Part shown: positions 10,016 through 19,638 of the stretch, piece by piece
Layout of the letters: every line of letters begins with the position of its first letter
Position numbering within the stretch: the stretch's first letter is position 1
Source: Limnothrix sp. BL-A-16
GTDB taxonomy: Bacteria; Cyanobacteriota; Cyanobacteriia; CACIAM-69d
NCBI GenBank assembly: GCA_041937175.2
Contig: CP166615.1
Span: forward strand, 3,968,001-4,032,000
Direction of reading: 5' to 3'
DNA length: 64,000 nt
Notes under the pieces: model-generated
Seen by the model: the letters and a program-made list of their open reading frames with translations, nothing else
The model's database searches: none
Told to the model about the DNA's origin: nothing
Program-made: the position numbers and the translations under genes

Positions 10016-11224
10016 CTAGCACCGATCGAGAATTTGGTGCAGGCCCGTGGCCATCGCTTCCAGGCTGTAGTGCTCAATGCAGCGCTGCCGGGCCCGCCGC
10101 CCGATCGCCCCCGATTGTTCCGGATCATCCAACACCTGGCGAATGGCTTGGGCCAGTTGACTCGGCTGGCTGGGTTCCACCAACAGCCCCGTATCCCCCA
10201 GCAATTGCGGAATATCGCCCACGCGGGTGGCAATGACCGGCTTGCCCATGGCCATGCCGTCCGTCAGCTTCAGGGGAAATTGGGCGCGGGTTTCCGGGGT
10301 GTCCCGTTGGGGAACCACCACCGCGTGGGCCGCCGCCACCACCGCTGGCATCTCCGAGGCCGGTTGTTTGGGTAAATAGATCAGCCACCGGCCCCAGCGG
10401 GCCTGTAGTTGCTGGTCATAGTCATCGTAGGGACTGCCCCCCACGATCACCAGCCGAATTTGTGGATCGTTGAGCTGATCCAAAGCCACCAACAAGTCTT
10501 CAACGCCTTTGTAGGGGCGGGTGGCTCCTGGAAACATCAAAATTTTGTAGTCTTGCCAGCCTTGGTGCGATCGGGCGGCGACGGGATCGAATCGATCGGG
10601 ATCAAACAGGGCCGTATCCTTGCCGCTGGGAATCAAAACCCCACCGAACCGTTGCTGTAACGCTAAGGTATTGACGGTAATCGCTGTGGCATGGCTGGCC
10701 CAAGGCTCGATCGCCTGGAGATAGAGGGGATGATCGGGCCGGCGCAGTTCCCCATCTTTACCTAACAAGTCGCGCAGAAATTTGCGCGGCCGCAGCCGAT
10801 AGCGGTATTGATCGCCCCCGTGCCAGCTCAACTCCCAATCATCAATATCCACAATCACCGGCCGCCGATGGGCGATCGCCTTCAGCAGCCCCAAGCCGTA
10901 GCTGCTGGGCTTCAGCTTTTGGGCATAGATGATATCGCCGGTAATTTGGGGCCAAAGCCGGGCGATCGAGCGAAAGTAGCCAGGATAGGGGTAACCCGGT
11001 ACGGTCACCACCTGCCAGTGGGGCGGAGCGGGCAACGTTCCCAACTCCCCAAACACCGACCCCACGATCTGGATTCGATAACCCAGGCGATCGAGTGCTT
11101 GGGCCAACAAAAATGTGCGCACCGCACCGCCCCAACGGCCGACCCCCTTGGTGGACAGATCGCTCACCAGAATGGTGACTTGGCGCGGTTGGGCCGAGGG
11201 TTGAGACTTGGAGAAAACAGACAT
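10016..11224 (-). CDS. Glycosyltransferase family 4 (GT-B)
   Basis: RPYKGVEDL and FPLKLTDGMAMGKPVIATRVGDIP motifs; start uncertain (11224 or 11257). Confidence 0.88.
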   Translation of the reverse strand: MSVFSKSQPSAQPRQVTILVSDLSTKGVGRWGGAVRTFLLAQALDRLGYRIQIVGSVFGELGTLPAPPHWQVVTVPGYPYPGYFRSIARLWPQITGDIIYAQKLKPSSYGLGLLKAIAHRRPVIVDIDDWELSWHGGDQYRYRLRPRKFLRDLLGKDGELRRPDHPLYLQAIEPWASHATAITVNTLALQQRFGGVLIPSGKDTALFDPDRFDPVAARSHQGWQDYKILMFPGATRPYKGVEDLLVALDQLNDPQIRLVIVGGSPYDDYDQQLQARWGRWLIYLPKQPASEMPAVVAAAHAVVVPQRDTPETRAQFPLKLTDGMAMGKPVIATRVGDIPQLLGDTGLLVEPSQPSQLAQAIRQVLDDPEQSGAIGRRARQRCIEHYSLEAMATGLHQILDRC

Positions 11225-11341
11225 CAGCGGCACAGCAGCAAGAGGGCGAGGAACCACCGCAGATCAGCCGATTCGCCAATCTGCTTCAGGGTTCTGACGG
11301 TTTAGATCGCTCGGCCAGGCCAAATCTATGGCCAGACCAGC

Positions 11342-11542
11342 CTATGGATGCACAATTCGCACCCGCCCCAACTTCACCAGGTCAAAAAGCCTGGACACTT
11401 GCCGCCGCTGCTCGTCAGTCATCTTAAAATCACTGAGAAGGCAGTTGGCCAGGCTCAGGTAATCTTGCCGGGGAATCGCTTCGACTCCATCTAAGCGATC
11501 GAGAATTGGCTGAAGGTCGAATTCTGTCGCTTTCGTCGCCAT
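11342..11542 (-). CDS. Small hypothetical protein (66 aa)
   Basis: ATG at 11542 gives MATKATEF...RLFDLVKLGRVRIVHP, which fills the gap divergent from gloB without overlap. Confidence 0.65.
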   Translation of the reverse strand: MATKATEFDLQPILDRLDGVEAIPRQDYLSLANCLLSDFKMTDEQRRQVSRLFDLVKLGRVRIVHP

Positions 11543-11648
11543 TGACGCTGATGTCGAAGAGGTCGCAAGGCCGATCCGCCGCGATTTTCGCCGCTTGCGC
11601 GCTCTTCGCGCGGTGGGGGGTCTGTTGTTAATTCTATTTCGCACCCCA

Positions 11649-12431
11649 ATGTACGTCGAACGCATTCCGGCTCTGTTGGACAACTATATCTTTTTGTTAG
11701 TCGATCGCGCTCGTCAAGAGGCCGCCGTGGTCGATCCGGCGGAAGCCCAACCGGTGCTCGATCGGCTGGCAGCCCTCAACTGCCGCCTCACCACAATTTT
11801 TAACACCCATCACCACCGCGATCATGTGGGTGGCACACCGGCCCTGTTGCAGGCCTTTCCTGAACTGGTGGTCTATGGGGGCGCGCGCGATCGGGGGCGA
11901 ATTCCCGCGCAACAGGTGTTTTTGGAAGGGGGTGAAACAATTCTCTTTGCCGATCGCACCGCCCAAGTGTTCTTTGTGCCCGGCCACACCCGCGCCCATG
12001 TGGCCTATTACTTTGCCCCCGCCAACGGCCCCGACAGCGACGGTTGGGGCGATTTATTTTCCGGGGATGTGATTTTTGGGGCCGGTTGCGGTCGCCTCTT
12101 TGAGGGCACACCGGCCGAAATGCTCCAGTCGATCGACCAACTGCGCCAACTGCCAGACAGCACCCGGATTTGGTGTGCCCATGAATACACCCTGGGTAAC
12201 CTGGAATTTGCCCAAACCATCGAACCCCAAAACCTCGCGCTGCAACAACGCCTCCAGGAAACTCGCCTCGCGCGATCGCACCAGCAACCCACCGTCCCCC
12301 TCCGCTTGGGCCAAGAAAAACAAACCAATCCTTTTCTACGTTGGGATAGTCCTGCCGTCCAAGCCGCCATGGCCACCGATGATCCCGTGCGCACCTTTGC
12401 CCGTCTGAGGGGTAAAAAAGATCTTTGGTAG
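11649..12431 (+). CDS. gloB: Hydroxyacylglutathione hydrolase (glyoxalase II)
   Basis: DNYIFLL, THHHRDHVGG, PGHT, GCGRLFEG, CAHEYT, EKQTNPFLR. Confidence 0.96.
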   Translation: MYVERIPALLDNYIFLLVDRARQEAAVVDPAEAQPVLDRLAALNCRLTTIFNTHHHRDHVGGTPALLQAFPELVVYGGARDRGRIPAQQVFLEGGETILFADRTAQVFFVPGHTRAHVAYYFAPANGPDSDGWGDLFSGDVIFGAGCGRLFEGTPAEMLQSIDQLRQLPDSTRIWCAHEYTLGNLEFAQTIEPQNLALQQRLQETRLARSHQQPTVPLRLGQEKQTNPFLRWDSPAVQAAMATDDPVRTFARLRGKKDLW

Positions 12432-12698
12432 CGATATCAAGATGCCGTCAAGATGTCGCCTCTCCCCATCGAAAATCCAGGTTGCTCCTTTGATCCTCCA
12501 AGGGGCATGAAAATTGGTAACCCTTGAATCAATTTGACCCCGGCATCAACCAAGATGACCATTGCTATCAATTGCTATCAATGGTGCAAGTGGTTTTGAG
12601 ATGGGCAATTGAGCCACTATTTCGATCACTAAGAGGGATGATCGATTCTCTAACAACGCTCCTGGAAAAGGCGAATTAGCGATGAAGTTTAAATCTGC

Positions 12699-12740
12699 GT
12701 AGTTTCGGCTACAAATAGTCCAAAAAATCCTTGCTAGGCT
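12699..12740 (+). promoter_or_regulatory. NtcA-activated (class II) promoter
   Basis: GTA-GTTTCGGC-TAC (12699-12712), then exactly 22 nt, then a TAN3T -10 box TAGGCT (12735-12740). Confidence 0.85.
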
Positions 12741-12797
12741 ACGGGGTAATTCTCGAATCTGCTGCCGCATTGGGCAACAACGAGTTGAATCAAGCCT

Positions 12798-13601
12798 GTG
12801 GCTCCTATTAGCATTCAGATTATTGAGACGAATCCACACCTACGCTCGTTGTTGGGGTGGCACTTACAACAACTGGGCTACGTGGTTTGTCCGTCAGCAA
12901 CGCTTCAGCAAGCACGGGACGTGGCCCAGGCCCAACGGCCAATGTTGGTTGTGCTGGATCCCGATTTGCCCGATGGGGATGGTTTGGAATTCTGTGCCTG
13001 GTTGCAACGGGTTCAGCAGCCGATGGTGCTGATGATTTCGGCGCGATCGGGCGAGGCGGATGCGGTGGCGGCCCTGCGGGCGGGAGCAGATGACTATCTG
13101 CGTAAGCCTTTTGGGATGCAGGAATTTTTGGCGCGGGTGCAGGCGTTGGTGCGTCGGGGCCGATCGCGATCGGCTCCGGCCCTGCTGGACTGCGGGGTGT
13201 TGCGGATTGATCTGATTCAGCGGCGGGTGTGGCTGTTTGAGCGGTCGATCGAGCTGACCCCCCAGGAATTTAGCCTGCTCTATGCCCTGGCCCAGGCGGG
13301 CGGTGTGCCCCTCAGTCGGGCGGAAATTTTGCAGCGGGCTTGGCCCGAGTCGATCGACAATCCGCGCACGGTGGATACCCACGTGTTGTCCCTGCGCAAA
13401 AAGCTGGAGGCCGATCCCCGCCAACCCAGCACCATCCAAACCGTCCGCAATGTGGGCTATCGCCTGAATCTGGAGCGCTTGGAACTGCATCGGGAACCCA
13501 CCAATGGCCATGGCCCGCCGCCAAATCCGGTGGGGGGTGGCCCCGCTGGTTCGGGCGGGGGAGCCTTGTCCCGATCGATGTTGTCCGTGTCCTCGGGCTA
13601 G
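12798..13601 (+). CDS. nrrA: OmpR-family response regulator, NrrA-like (nitrogen-regulated)
   Basis: Atypical receiver start IETNPHLRSLLGWHLQQ, winged-helix output (RTVDTHVLSLRKK, IQTVRNVGYR), and the upstream NtcA promoter. Confidence 0.8.
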   Translation: MAPISIQIIETNPHLRSLLGWHLQQLGYVVCPSATLQQARDVAQAQRPMLVVLDPDLPDGDGLEFCAWLQRVQQPMVLMISARSGEADAVAALRAGADDYLRKPFGMQEFLARVQALVRRGRSRSAPALLDCGVLRIDLIQRRVWLFERSIELTPQEFSLLYALAQAGGVPLSRAEILQRAWPESIDNPRTVDTHVLSLRKKLEADPRQPSTIQTVRNVGYRLNLERLELHREPTNGHGPPPNPVGGGPAGSGGGALSRSMLSVSSG

Positions 13602-13660
13602 GGGCGATCGCGCTAGGATCCTGACAAATCAATTGGATCGAGCTAGCCCGATCATCGCGC

Positions 13661-14368
13661 ATGTTTCCCATTGGCGACGACAATCCCACCCGCCGCACAG
13701 CCTATGTGACCTATGGGTTAATTGGGGTTAATTTGCTCGTATTTTTATACGAAATTAGCCTCAACCCCTTGCAATTACGGGCGTTGTTCGAGGTATGGGC
13801 CGTTGTGCCCTTAGAGCTGACCGCACAGTTCAACGGCTATCCGGTCACCATTCCCGGAACCAACCTACCCGAAGCAATCACCCTGCTCACCTCCCAGTTT
13901 TTGCATGGGGGCTGGGCCCACTTGGGCGGAAACATGCTGTTCCTGTGGATCTTTGGCAACAATGTTGAAGATCGATTGGGATCCATGAAATACCTCCTGT
14001 TTTACCTGGCTTCGGGAGCCATTGCAGGGCTTTGCCAGTGGTTCTTCGCGCCGCTATCTTCCGTCCCTTCATTAGGCGCGAGTGGTGCGATCGCGGGGGT
14101 GATGGGAGCCTATATCTTGCGCTATCCCCGAGCGAGCGTTTTAACCCTCGTGCCCCTAGGATTCGTGCTCATCCCCTTGCGAATTGCGGCTTTTTGGTAT
14201 TTGGGTATTTGGTTTTTGCAACAGGCGCTTTATGGGCTGGGATCGCTCCAACAGCCCATGAATATCGGCTTGAGTGAGGGTGGAATTGCCTATTGGGCCC
14301 ATGCGGGCGGTTTCGTGGCCGGGGCCTTGCTGGGGCCATTGTTGGGGCTATTCAAGAAAGACGATTAA
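13661..14368 (+). CDS. Rhomboid-family intramembrane serine protease
   Basis: FLHGGWAHLGGNMLFLW, GASGA (catalytic Ser), AHAGG (catalytic His). Confidence 0.95.
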   Translation: MFPIGDDNPTRRTAYVTYGLIGVNLLVFLYEISLNPLQLRALFEVWAVVPLELTAQFNGYPVTIPGTNLPEAITLLTSQFLHGGWAHLGGNMLFLWIFGNNVEDRLGSMKYLLFYLASGAIAGLCQWFFAPLSSVPSLGASGAIAGVMGAYILRYPRASVLTLVPLGFVLIPLRIAAFWYLGIWFLQQALYGLGSLQQPMNIGLSEGGIAYWAHAGGFVAGALLGPLLGLFKKDD

Positions 14369-14489
14369 GCAAAAACTCCAGACCGGGAATGCTCACTGAT
14401 CGGTTTGAAAGGCATCCCGATCGCCCGTCCGAGCTGAACTTTGAGCCAGGTGTTTAGTCAAGCCTACGAGCACGGACAGTTTATTTTCA

Positions 14490-14626
14490 TCGGTCAAGTC
14501 AAACCCTATTGGTCAACTCAAGCGACTGCCACCGTTACCCGATCGTTAGGCAGCAAGGGGCTTAAGCCCCTTGTCATGGTGACTGGTTCCGCAACGTTGA
14601 CCCAACGAATTAAGCCTGTTGTGCCA
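14490..14626 (-). repeat. Dispersed repeat cassette B, copy 1 (perfect palindrome at 14554-14573)
   Basis: Reverse complement aligns with 38641-38770 (GGGTCAACGTTGCGGAA.CAGTC.CCAT.ACAAGGGGCTTAAGCCCCTTGC.GCCT.ACGATC); distal boundary approximate. Confidence 0.8.
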
Positions 14627-17434
14627 CTACAGATTCAGCACGGCCAAGGTGATATCGGCGGCCCGTTGGATTTGGAAACCCAGTTTTTCGCACAGATGGC
14701 GCATGGGGGCGTTGTTGGGCAAAATTTCGCCCCGCAGTCGATCGATCTTTTCGTCGCGGGCAATGGCAACCAACCGCTGCAAAAGTTCCGTGCCTAGCCC
14801 CTGATTTTGATAGCGATCGCGAATCAGCATCGCAAACTCCGCTTCATTGGAGCCGTGCAGCTTGCTAATGCGGCTGACTCCCAAAATTTCCCGCTCTTCG
14901 CTGGGATCGCGTCCCTCCGCCACCAGTGCCATTTCCCGATCGTAGTCAATGAAGCAAATCCGCGATAGGCGCTCGTGGCTAATGCGCTGGCTCAGTTTCA
15001 GGGCGTGGAAATAGCGTAGATAAACCGTTTGTTCCGACAAGCTCTCGTGGAAACGCACCAAAGGCGGTTCATCCTCCGGGCGAATGGGGCGGATGTTGAC
15101 CGCTGTGCCATCGCGCAGAGTCCAGGGAGCTGCGTATTGAATGGGATAAGGGCGGATGGCCGGCCGGGGCAACGTTGCCGGATCCATGGGCGGGTGCAAC
15201 ACCACCCGCGCATCCAGGGCAATCAGCGAACTGGTGGTTCCGGTGGCCACGGCCTGGCCAGCCTCGCGGGCGAGGAGGGGGTTGATGTCAATTTCCTTAA
15301 TCCAGGGCTGTTCCACCACCAGTTGGCTGAAGCGCACCAGGAGTTGCTCCAGGGCGGCCAAGTCCACGGGGGCCCGGCCGCGTACCCCTTGCAGGGCTTT
15401 ATAAATGCGGGTTTGTTCCATCATCCGCCGGGCCAGGGTGGTGTTGAGCGGGGGCAGGCCCAAGGCCCGATCGCGGAACACCTCCACCAACTGACCGCCC
15501 AACCCAAACAGCAACACGGGGCCAAATTGTGGATCCACACTACTGCCCAGGATCAGCTCATAGCCATCCAACTTGAGCATGGGTTGCACGGTTACCCCCA
15601 AAAAGTCCGCCGTCAGGACGCGCCGTTGGGGATCGGTATCCCCTTCTTCGGCGTTGCTGCTGGTTGGTTGGGGTTTGTGGCGGTTGGCGATCGCCACGCC
15701 GGCCACGATCGCCAGGTAAGCCCAGCGCACCTCATTGGCATTTTGCAAATTCAGCCGCACACCGCCCACATCGCTTTTGTGGGTGATGGTTTCGGAATAG
15801 AGCTTCAGGGCCACGGGATAGCCAATGTCGTTGGCAATTTCCACGGCCTCTTCGAGCTTGGTGGCGATGCGGGTTTCCACCACGGGAATTCCATAGGCGG
15901 CCAGGATTTGCTTAGCTTCAAATTCCGTGAGTAGATTGCGGCCCACCGCCTGGGCTTGCTGAATAATCCGAGTGACGGCGGCCCGATCGGGTTCGGCGGC
16001 AAAGCTGCCCGCCACTGCGTTGGGGGTTTCATACAGTCCCCGCAGGTTGTAGCTGTAGCGCCACATGTAGTTGAACACCCGGGTGGCCGCGTCGGGGTAG
16101 GGGAGGGTGAAGATGCCCGCTTGGTTCAAAATTGCCTCGCCAGCGGCCACGGCTGAACCGCCCATCCAACTGGCCAAAATGGGCTTCCCGCAATGGGCAT
16201 AGGGCCGCAGCCGTTCGGCAATTTGGGTGGGATCGGTCATGGCCTGGGGGGTGAGGATGGTCAGCAGCCCGTCTCCGTTGGGATCGGCGGCGGCAATTTC
16301 CAAGGCCTGGGAATAGCGATCGGGGTCGGCATCTCCCAAAATGTCGATCGGGTTGCGGCGGCTCCAACTGGGCGGCAACACCTGATCTAACCGCTCGATC
16401 GTCTCCGGCGACAGCTCGGCCAAATCGCCCCCACCGGACACCACCTCATCGGCCGCCAACACTCCGGGGCCGCCCGCATTGGTCAACACAATCAACTTGC
16501 GCCCCCGGGGGCGGGGTTGCTTGGCCAACACTTCGGTCATGTCGAACAGGTCTTCGATCGTCTCGACGCGCAACACCCCCGATCGCCGAAAGGCCGCATC
16601 CAACACCGCGTCACTACCCGACAGCGATCCCGTGTGGGAGGCGGCCGCCTGGGCCGCCGCTTCCGTGCGCCCCACCTTGATCACCATGATCGGTTTTTGC
16701 AACGCCACTTCTCGCGCCGCCGACAGGAAGGCCCGCGCATCCCCCACCGATTCCATATAAATGGCGATCGTGTGGGTGCGGGGATCATCGCCCAGGTATT
16801 CAATCAGGTCGCCCCAGCCCACATCCAGCATTGACCCGATCGACACAAAGGAACTGAAGCCCACCTGTTCCCGGAAGCTCCAATCCAAAATCGCCGTACA
16901 CATGGCCCCGCTTTGGCTCAGGAATGCCACATTTCCCGGCCGAGCCATGGCGCTGGCAAAGGTGGCGTTCAAACCGGAAATCGGATTCATCACCCCCAAG
17001 CAGTTGGGGCCCACCACCCGCATGTTGTAGCGACGGGCTTCGGTCAGGAGTCGTTTTTCTAGCTCAATGCCAGCGGGGCCAATTTCCTTGAAGCCCGCAG
17101 ACAGAACGATCGCCCCGCGTACCCCTGCCTGGCCACAATCGCGAATCAAGTCGGGAACGGTGGCGGCCGGGGTGGCAATCACCGCCAAATCCACGGTTTC
17201 GGGCACGTCTGCGATCGAGGGATAAGCTCGCACCCCCAACACGTTCGATCGCTTGGGATTAATCGGAAACACCGTGCCCCCAAAGGGGTTTTGCAACAAA
17301 TTGGTCAAGAGCGTGCGCCCCACACTCCCTTCCCGATCGGTTGCGCCAATCAGCGCCACACTCCGAGGCACAAAAATTGCATCCAAAGGATGGCGATCGG
17401 GAGAGACTTCAAGGGCGATGGAAGCAACTGTCAT
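14627..17434 (-). CDS. Acetate-CoA ligase (ADP-forming)-like / GNAT fusion (Pat/PatZ-type protein acetyltransferase)
   Basis: CoA-binding [22 protein letters not shown]-grasp HKSDVGGV and EIDINPL, C-terminal GNAT (IRPIRPED...YQNQGLG). Confidence 0.92.
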   Translation of the reverse strand: MTVASIALEVSPDRHPLDAIFVPRSVALIGATDREGSVGRTLLTNLLQNPFGGTVFPINPKRSNVLGVRAYPSIADVPETVDLAVIATPAATVPDLIRDCGQAGVRGAIVLSAGFKEIGPAGIELEKRLLTEARRYNMRVVGPNCLGVMNPISGLNATFASAMARPGNVAFLSQSGAMCTAILDWSFREQVGFSSFVSIGSMLDVGWGDLIEYLGDDPRTHTIAIYMESVGDARAFLSAAREVALQKPIMVIKVGRTEAAAQAAASHTGSLSGSDAVLDAAFRRSGVLRVETIEDLFDMTEVLAKQPRPRGRKLIVLTNAGGPGVLAADEVVSGGGDLAELSPETIERLDQVLPPSWSRRNPIDILGDADPDRYSQALEIAAADPNGDGLLTILTPQAMTDPTQIAERLRPYAHCGKPILASWMGGSAVAAGEAILNQAGIFTLPYPDAATRVFNYMWRYSYNLRGLYETPNAVAGSFAAEPDRAAVTRIIQQAQAVGRNLLTEFEAKQILAAYGIPVVETRIATKLEEAVEIANDIGYPVALKLYSETITHKSDVGGVRLNLQNANEVRWAYLAIVAGVAIANRHKPQPTSSNAEEGDTDPQRRVLTADFLGVTVQPMLKLDGYELILGSSVDPQFGPVLLFGLGGQLVEVFRDRALGLPPLNTTLARRMMEQTRIYKALQGVRGRAPVDLAALEQLLVRFSQLVVEQPWIKEIDINPLLAREAGQAVATGTTSSLIALDARVVLHPPMDPATLPRPAIRPYPIQYAAPWTLRDGTAVNIRPIRPEDEPPLVRFHESLSEQTVYLRYFHALKLSQRISHERLSRICFIDYDREMALVAEGRDPSEEREILGVSRISKLHGSNEAEFAMLIRDRYQNQGLGTELLQRLVAIARDEKIDRLRGEILPNNAPMRHLCEKLGFQIQRAADITLAVLNL

Positions 17435-17847
17435 AGCCAGCGACCTACGTGAATGCAATAGGTAAAGAAAACAAAGGGGCAATGCCGGGCCCATGGCCCA
17501 ATTGTTCAGATCAACGCAACACCGCTCAGGCAGCCCCAAGGTCGCAATTCATCCCGGCCCTAGCGCTCGTCTGGGGTTGAAACCATCGCCGCAATTTCAT
17601 GACGGCATTTGCGGGGATGCAAATACTGGGATTGGTTTCTGCTCGGAGGTTAGGAAATCTGTTGATCGTGAAGTCTTGATCCGATCTTGACCCGACTTGA
17701 TGGGGAATTTCCTAAATCGCATACAGTTTTTTCGATTCAGGGTGATTGATGCAGCGCCCTGATGCTGCCTCATCAATAACATTAGAAACATTGAAAAAGG
17801 GTGACTCAAAGCCATCTGAACGAAATCTGAAAAGAATTGGATATTAA

Positions 17848-18963
17848 TCAATTGGATCCTGAGGGGCGGCGGATATAGCCCAGCAGAGATTGGGGATTGA
17901 TCCAGCGGGTGTGGGATCCCAGCCGATCGAGCAGGTTAGCCCGGAGCACTGGGGGCAATAAACTAATCAACAGTAATCCCAACAAGGCTTTCACCGCTCC
18001 GGGCGATCGCCCAAAGGCCGGATCATGGCCCAAGAGATGCCAACCCAATTGCCAACCGAGCTGCCCTTGGCGATCGGGCGGGTTCAATCGCAGGGTCACG
18101 GCATCCAAGCGCGGGGCCAAGTATTTATAGAGCAGGTATTTATAAAAATTGCCAAAGGCGATCGGCCCATGAACAGCCAGGTGGGGATGCTGGGCGATGG
18201 TTTGCCGCAAACAGGCCAACCCCGATCGCGCAATGCGGGCCACATTCGCCGACTGGGATCCCGCGGCCATCCGATAGAGCACCTGCACCCGGGGCACACA
18301 AACCAGCGGAAACCGGGCCGCCAACCGCAACCACAAATCCCAATCCTCCGAAGGAACCAGATCGGGATCAAAGGGAGCGATCGGGCGGGGATCGGCGGGA
18401 TGGGGCCAGCCCACGGCCGCCAGGGCCGATCGGCGGATCAGCGGGTTAGAGCCGTTTTCTAAAAAATTGAGCTGTAACAAAGCGGGCAGCACGGCTCCTT
18501 CCAGGCTGACATAGCTGCCCCGGTGGGAAAACTGTGCCCGATCGTCCACGTAGTCCGTCCAGCTATAGGCCAAGGCCGCCTGGGGATTGGCGGCCAAGGC
18601 CGCCCACTGGGCCGCCAATTTGTCCGGAGTCCACCAATCATCCGCATCCAAAAAGGCAATCCATTGACCCCGCGCTTGGGCTAAGCCTCGGTTCCGGGCG
18701 ATCGCCTGGCCACTGTTCGCAAACCGGAATGGCCGCACCCGAACATCCCGCGCGGCCCAAGCTTGCAAGCAGTCCCAGGTCTGGTCGATCGACCCGTCAT
18801 CCACCACCACAATTTCAAAATCTGGGTCGGTTTGGGCCAAGACAGACTCGATCGTGTGGGAAAGGGTAGCCGCTGCGTTGTAGGCCGGAATGATCACCGA
18901 GATCGCCGGGCTGGGCATTGCTGAATCCAGTCTTGTGGCGTTGGGTATTGCTGCTTTGGACAT
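17848..18963 (-). CDS. Glycosyltransferase family 2
   Basis: SVIIPAYN, VVDDGS, ARNRG, FLDADD, EDWDLWLR; start may be 18918. Confidence 0.92.
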   Translation of the reverse strand: MSKAAIPNATRLDSAMPSPAISVIIPAYNAAATLSHTIESVLAQTDPDFEIVVVDDGSIDQTWDCLQAWAARDVRVRPFRFANSGQAIARNRGLAQARGQWIAFLDADDWWTPDKLAAQWAALAANPQAALAYSWTDYVDDRAQFSHRGSYVSLEGAVLPALLQLNFLENGSNPLIRRSALAAVGWPHPADPRPIAPFDPDLVPSEDWDLWLRLAARFPLVCVPRVQVLYRMAAGSQSANVARIARSGLACLRQTIAQHPHLAVHGPIAFGNFYKYLLYKYLAPRLDAVTLRLNPPDRQGQLGWQLGWHLLGHDPAFGRSPGAVKALLGLLLISLLPPVLRANLLDRLGSHTRWINPQSLLGYIRRPSGSN

Positions 18964-19071
18964 TGGGTTAAACGATAGGCCGCCTCAAAAACAGCAATCG
19001 AGAACGGAACTTTCGCGATCGCCGCCTACAATTTTGGCAATGCTGCGAGGGGCCCGACTGCCCTGCTATCC

Positions 19072-19608
19072 ATGAATCGTCGATCGTCCGCCGCCTCCGC
19101 CCCGATTGCCACCCCTGGGGTTACGCCGCAGTTTTCCAGCCAAGATTGGCAACGCTTGAAACGGGTGCGAGCGATCGCCACCCTGATGGACAATGCGATC
19201 GAACTGCCGATTGTGCGCTACCGGGTGGGTCTCGATCCCGTGATTGGCCTGCTCCCGATCGGGGGAGACCTAGTGAGTTTTTTGCTGTCGGTTTATTTGG
19301 TTTGGGAGTCGGCCCGCTTGGGCACACCGCCCGCCCTGCTCACCCGCATGACCGTAAACATTGCCTTGGAAACCCTGGCCGGCGTGGTTCCGGCCCTCGG
19401 GGACTTGGTGGATGTGGCCTGGAAAGCCAACGCTCAAAATTTGCAGTTGCTGGAGGCCCATTTGCACGCGCCCGATCGGGGGCCGGGGCGTGTGTCCAAA
19501 CGGTTTGTGTTGCTGTTGATTGGGGGCCTGTTGCTGTTGACGATCGCCACGGCCAGCCTCAGTCTGTGGTTGCTGCAACTGGTTTGGCAGACCCTCGTTG
19601 GTGCATAG
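19072..19608 (+). CDS. DUF4112-like membrane protein
   Basis: LMDNAI..P...RVGLDPVIGLLPIGGD...GDLVDVAWKAN pattern. Confidence 0.85.
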   Translation: MNRRSSAASAPIATPGVTPQFSSQDWQRLKRVRAIATLMDNAIELPIVRYRVGLDPVIGLLPIGGDLVSFLLSVYLVWESARLGTPPALLTRMTVNIALETLAGVVPALGDLVDVAWKANAQNLQLLEAHLHAPDRGPGRVSKRFVLLLIGGLLLLTIATASLSLWLLQLVWQTLVGA

Positions 19609-19638
19609 GCTTGGGGAATTGGATCATCGGCTTTAGGG

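Noticed and set aside
14441..14797. ORFs containing the peptide KGLKPL (also 31242-31556)
   Set aside because: The peptide is just the translation of the repeated palindrome, not a protein family.
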